A DNA stretch of 64,000 nt. It comes from an uncultured Candidatus Saccharibacteria bacterium (GTDB lineage Bacteria; Patescibacteriota; Minisyncoccia; Phycocordibacterales; UBA12088). The translations under genes were made by a program, and so were the position numbers. Where the stretch lies: positions 15,832 through 79,831 of the forward strand of contig CAZMLK010000001.1 of the NCBI GenBank assembly GCA_964567265.1, given 5' to 3'. Numbering within the stretch: the stretch's first letter is position 1; every line of letters begins with the position of its first letter. Positions 62,881 through 64,000 of this stretch are shown piece by piece. The notes beneath the pieces were generated by a model. That model made no database searches and was not told the DNA's origin. It saw nothing but the letters and a program-made list of their open reading frames with translations.

Positions 62881-64000
62881 TTAGACGCCGAGCACTACCG
62901 GAATCACGATCGGATGCTTGTTGGTCTTCTGGAAGAGGAATGAGCCGACCTGGTCGGTCATGTTCTTCTTCACGTACTCGAAGTTGATTGGGTTCATGCC
63001 CTCGGTCGTATCCTCGACCGCCTTCTTGGCGATGAGGCGCGTCTGCTGGAGCATATCCTGCGATTCGCGGAGATAGATGAAGCCGCGGGAGATGATGTCC
63101 GGGGACTTCTTGAGTTTGCCGGTCTTCAGGTTCACCATCGCGATGATGACGAACATGCCGTCCTGCGCAAGCATCTGGCGGTCGCGGATGACGACCTCCT
63201 GCATGTCGCCGACGGCGAAGCCATCCACCATGCGGATGTTCGACGGCGCCTTCTCGGCGAGGACGGAAATCTTCTCGCCTTCGTTGGTGATCTCGATGAT
63301 GGTGCCGTTGTCAGGGACGACGACATGGTCGCGCGGCATGCCGAGCGAGACCGCGAGCTCAGCGTGGAGCTTCAGGCGGTAGTGGTTGCCATGCACCGGC
63401 ACGAAGAAGCGCGGCATGATCTTCTTGTGGAGCCATTCGATCTCGCCGCGGTTGCCGTGGCCGGTCGAGTGGATGTAGACCTCGCTCGTGCGGTAGTGCA
63501 CGATCTTGGCGCCCTGGCGCGCAAGGTTATCCTTCAATTTCTCGACTGACTTCTCGTTTCCGGGAATGATCGAAGACGAAAGGAGCACCGTGTCGCCCTC
63601 CTTGATCGAAAGGCTCTTGTGGACCTTGTTGGCCATGCGCATGAGCGCGGCGAAGTCTTCGCCCTGCGCGCCGGTCGCGAGGACGACGATCTTGTCGGCA
63701 GGGTAGCGGTCCACGTCCTGGGACGGGATGATCGTGCCTTTCTTCGGCGTGAAGATGCCGGCGATCTCCGCGATCTCGACATTGGTCTTCATGCTCCGTC
63801 CTTCGAGGACGAGCTTCTTCCCGTACTTCTCGATGATCTTGATGATGCCGATGATGCGCTCGAGCTGGGACGCGAAGGTGCCGATGATGAGGCGCCCGTG
63901 GATATCGCGGATGATCTTGTCGAGGTTTTCGTTCACGAGCCACTCAGGCGTCGAGAAGCCCGGGTTCTCGATGTTGGTCGAGTCGCAGAGCATGAGGAGC
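62881..64000 (-). CDS. rnj: Ribonuclease J (C-terminal portion; N-terminus beyond window)
   Basis: HVSGHGNRGE-like (HSTGHGNRGEIEWL), FVPVHGNHYRL and MVDGFAVGDM motifs of the RNase J beta-CASP domain, plus the C-terminal domain. Confidence 0.85.
   Translation of the reverse strand, partial: LLMLCDSTNIENPGFSTPEWLVNENLDKIIRDIHGRLIIGTFASQLERIIGIIKIIEKYGKKLVLEGRSMKTNVEIAEIAGIFTPKKGTIIPSQDVDRYPADKIVVLATGAQGEDFAALMRMANKVHKSLSIKEGDTVLLSSSIIPGNEKSVEKLKDNLARQGAKIVHYRTSEVYIHSTGHGNRGEIEWLHKKIMPRFFVPVHGNHYRLKLHAELAVSLGMPRDHVVVPDNGTIIEITNEGEKISVLAEKAPSNIRMVDGFAVGDMQEVVIRDRQMLAQDGMFVIIAMVNLKTGKLKKSPDIISRGFIYLRESQDMLQQTRLIAKKAVEDTTEGMNPINFEYVKKNMTDQVGSFLFQKTNKHPIVIPVVLGV

Overview
This 64-kb window comes from a moderately GC-rich (~58-60%) bacterial chromosome. 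Coding density is about 85%. Many genes are short and encode membrane-anchored or secreted proteins of unknown function, alongside recognisable housekeeping genes. Over-long high-GC ORFs on the opposite strand of real genes are frequent artefacts in the track.

Genes I can recognise include:
- **Central metabolism:** inorganic pyrophosphatase (partial), 6-phosphogluconolactonase, glucose-6-phosphate dehydrogenase and a class I fructose-bisphosphate aldolase.
- **Redox and envelope:** two Cys-type sulfatases, a CcdA-TlpA-MsrB thiol-redox operon, two PQQ-type sugar dehydrogenases, a GH18 hydrolase and a CE4 polysaccharide deacetylase carrying two carbohydrate-binding modules.
- **Regulation and information processing:** an ECF sigma/anti-sigma pair, HxlR, an ABC-F ATPase, QueF, endonuclease III, a MutY-like glycosylase, SmpB with its tmRNA, and RNase J (partial).
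- **Unusual for a bacterium:** a SET-domain protein.

The lifestyle looks like a small-genome, possibly Candidate Phyla Radiation-like bacterium, but that is inference only.

The most unusual structure is a low-GC islet of about 2.3 kb (49950-52288) immediately beside the 3' end of the tmRNA gene. It holds two tandem paralogous small secreted protein genes, a small repeat protein with a perfect 81-bp tandem duplication, a Cys-rich small protein, a non-coding stretch with reiterated GTCAC(T)AAG motifs, and very strong canonical TTGACA-N17 promoters with GGAG ribosome-binding sites. The rest of the window lacks these signals. No integrase is visible.

Other oddities are a SPASM-domain ORF without a radical-SAM core next to a GrpB gene remnant, a sulfatase with a non-canonical C-S-T-S-R active-site motif, and two tiny lysine-rich ORFs that each have their own terminator.

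All coordinates were derived by hand from the printed sequence and may be off by a few bases.
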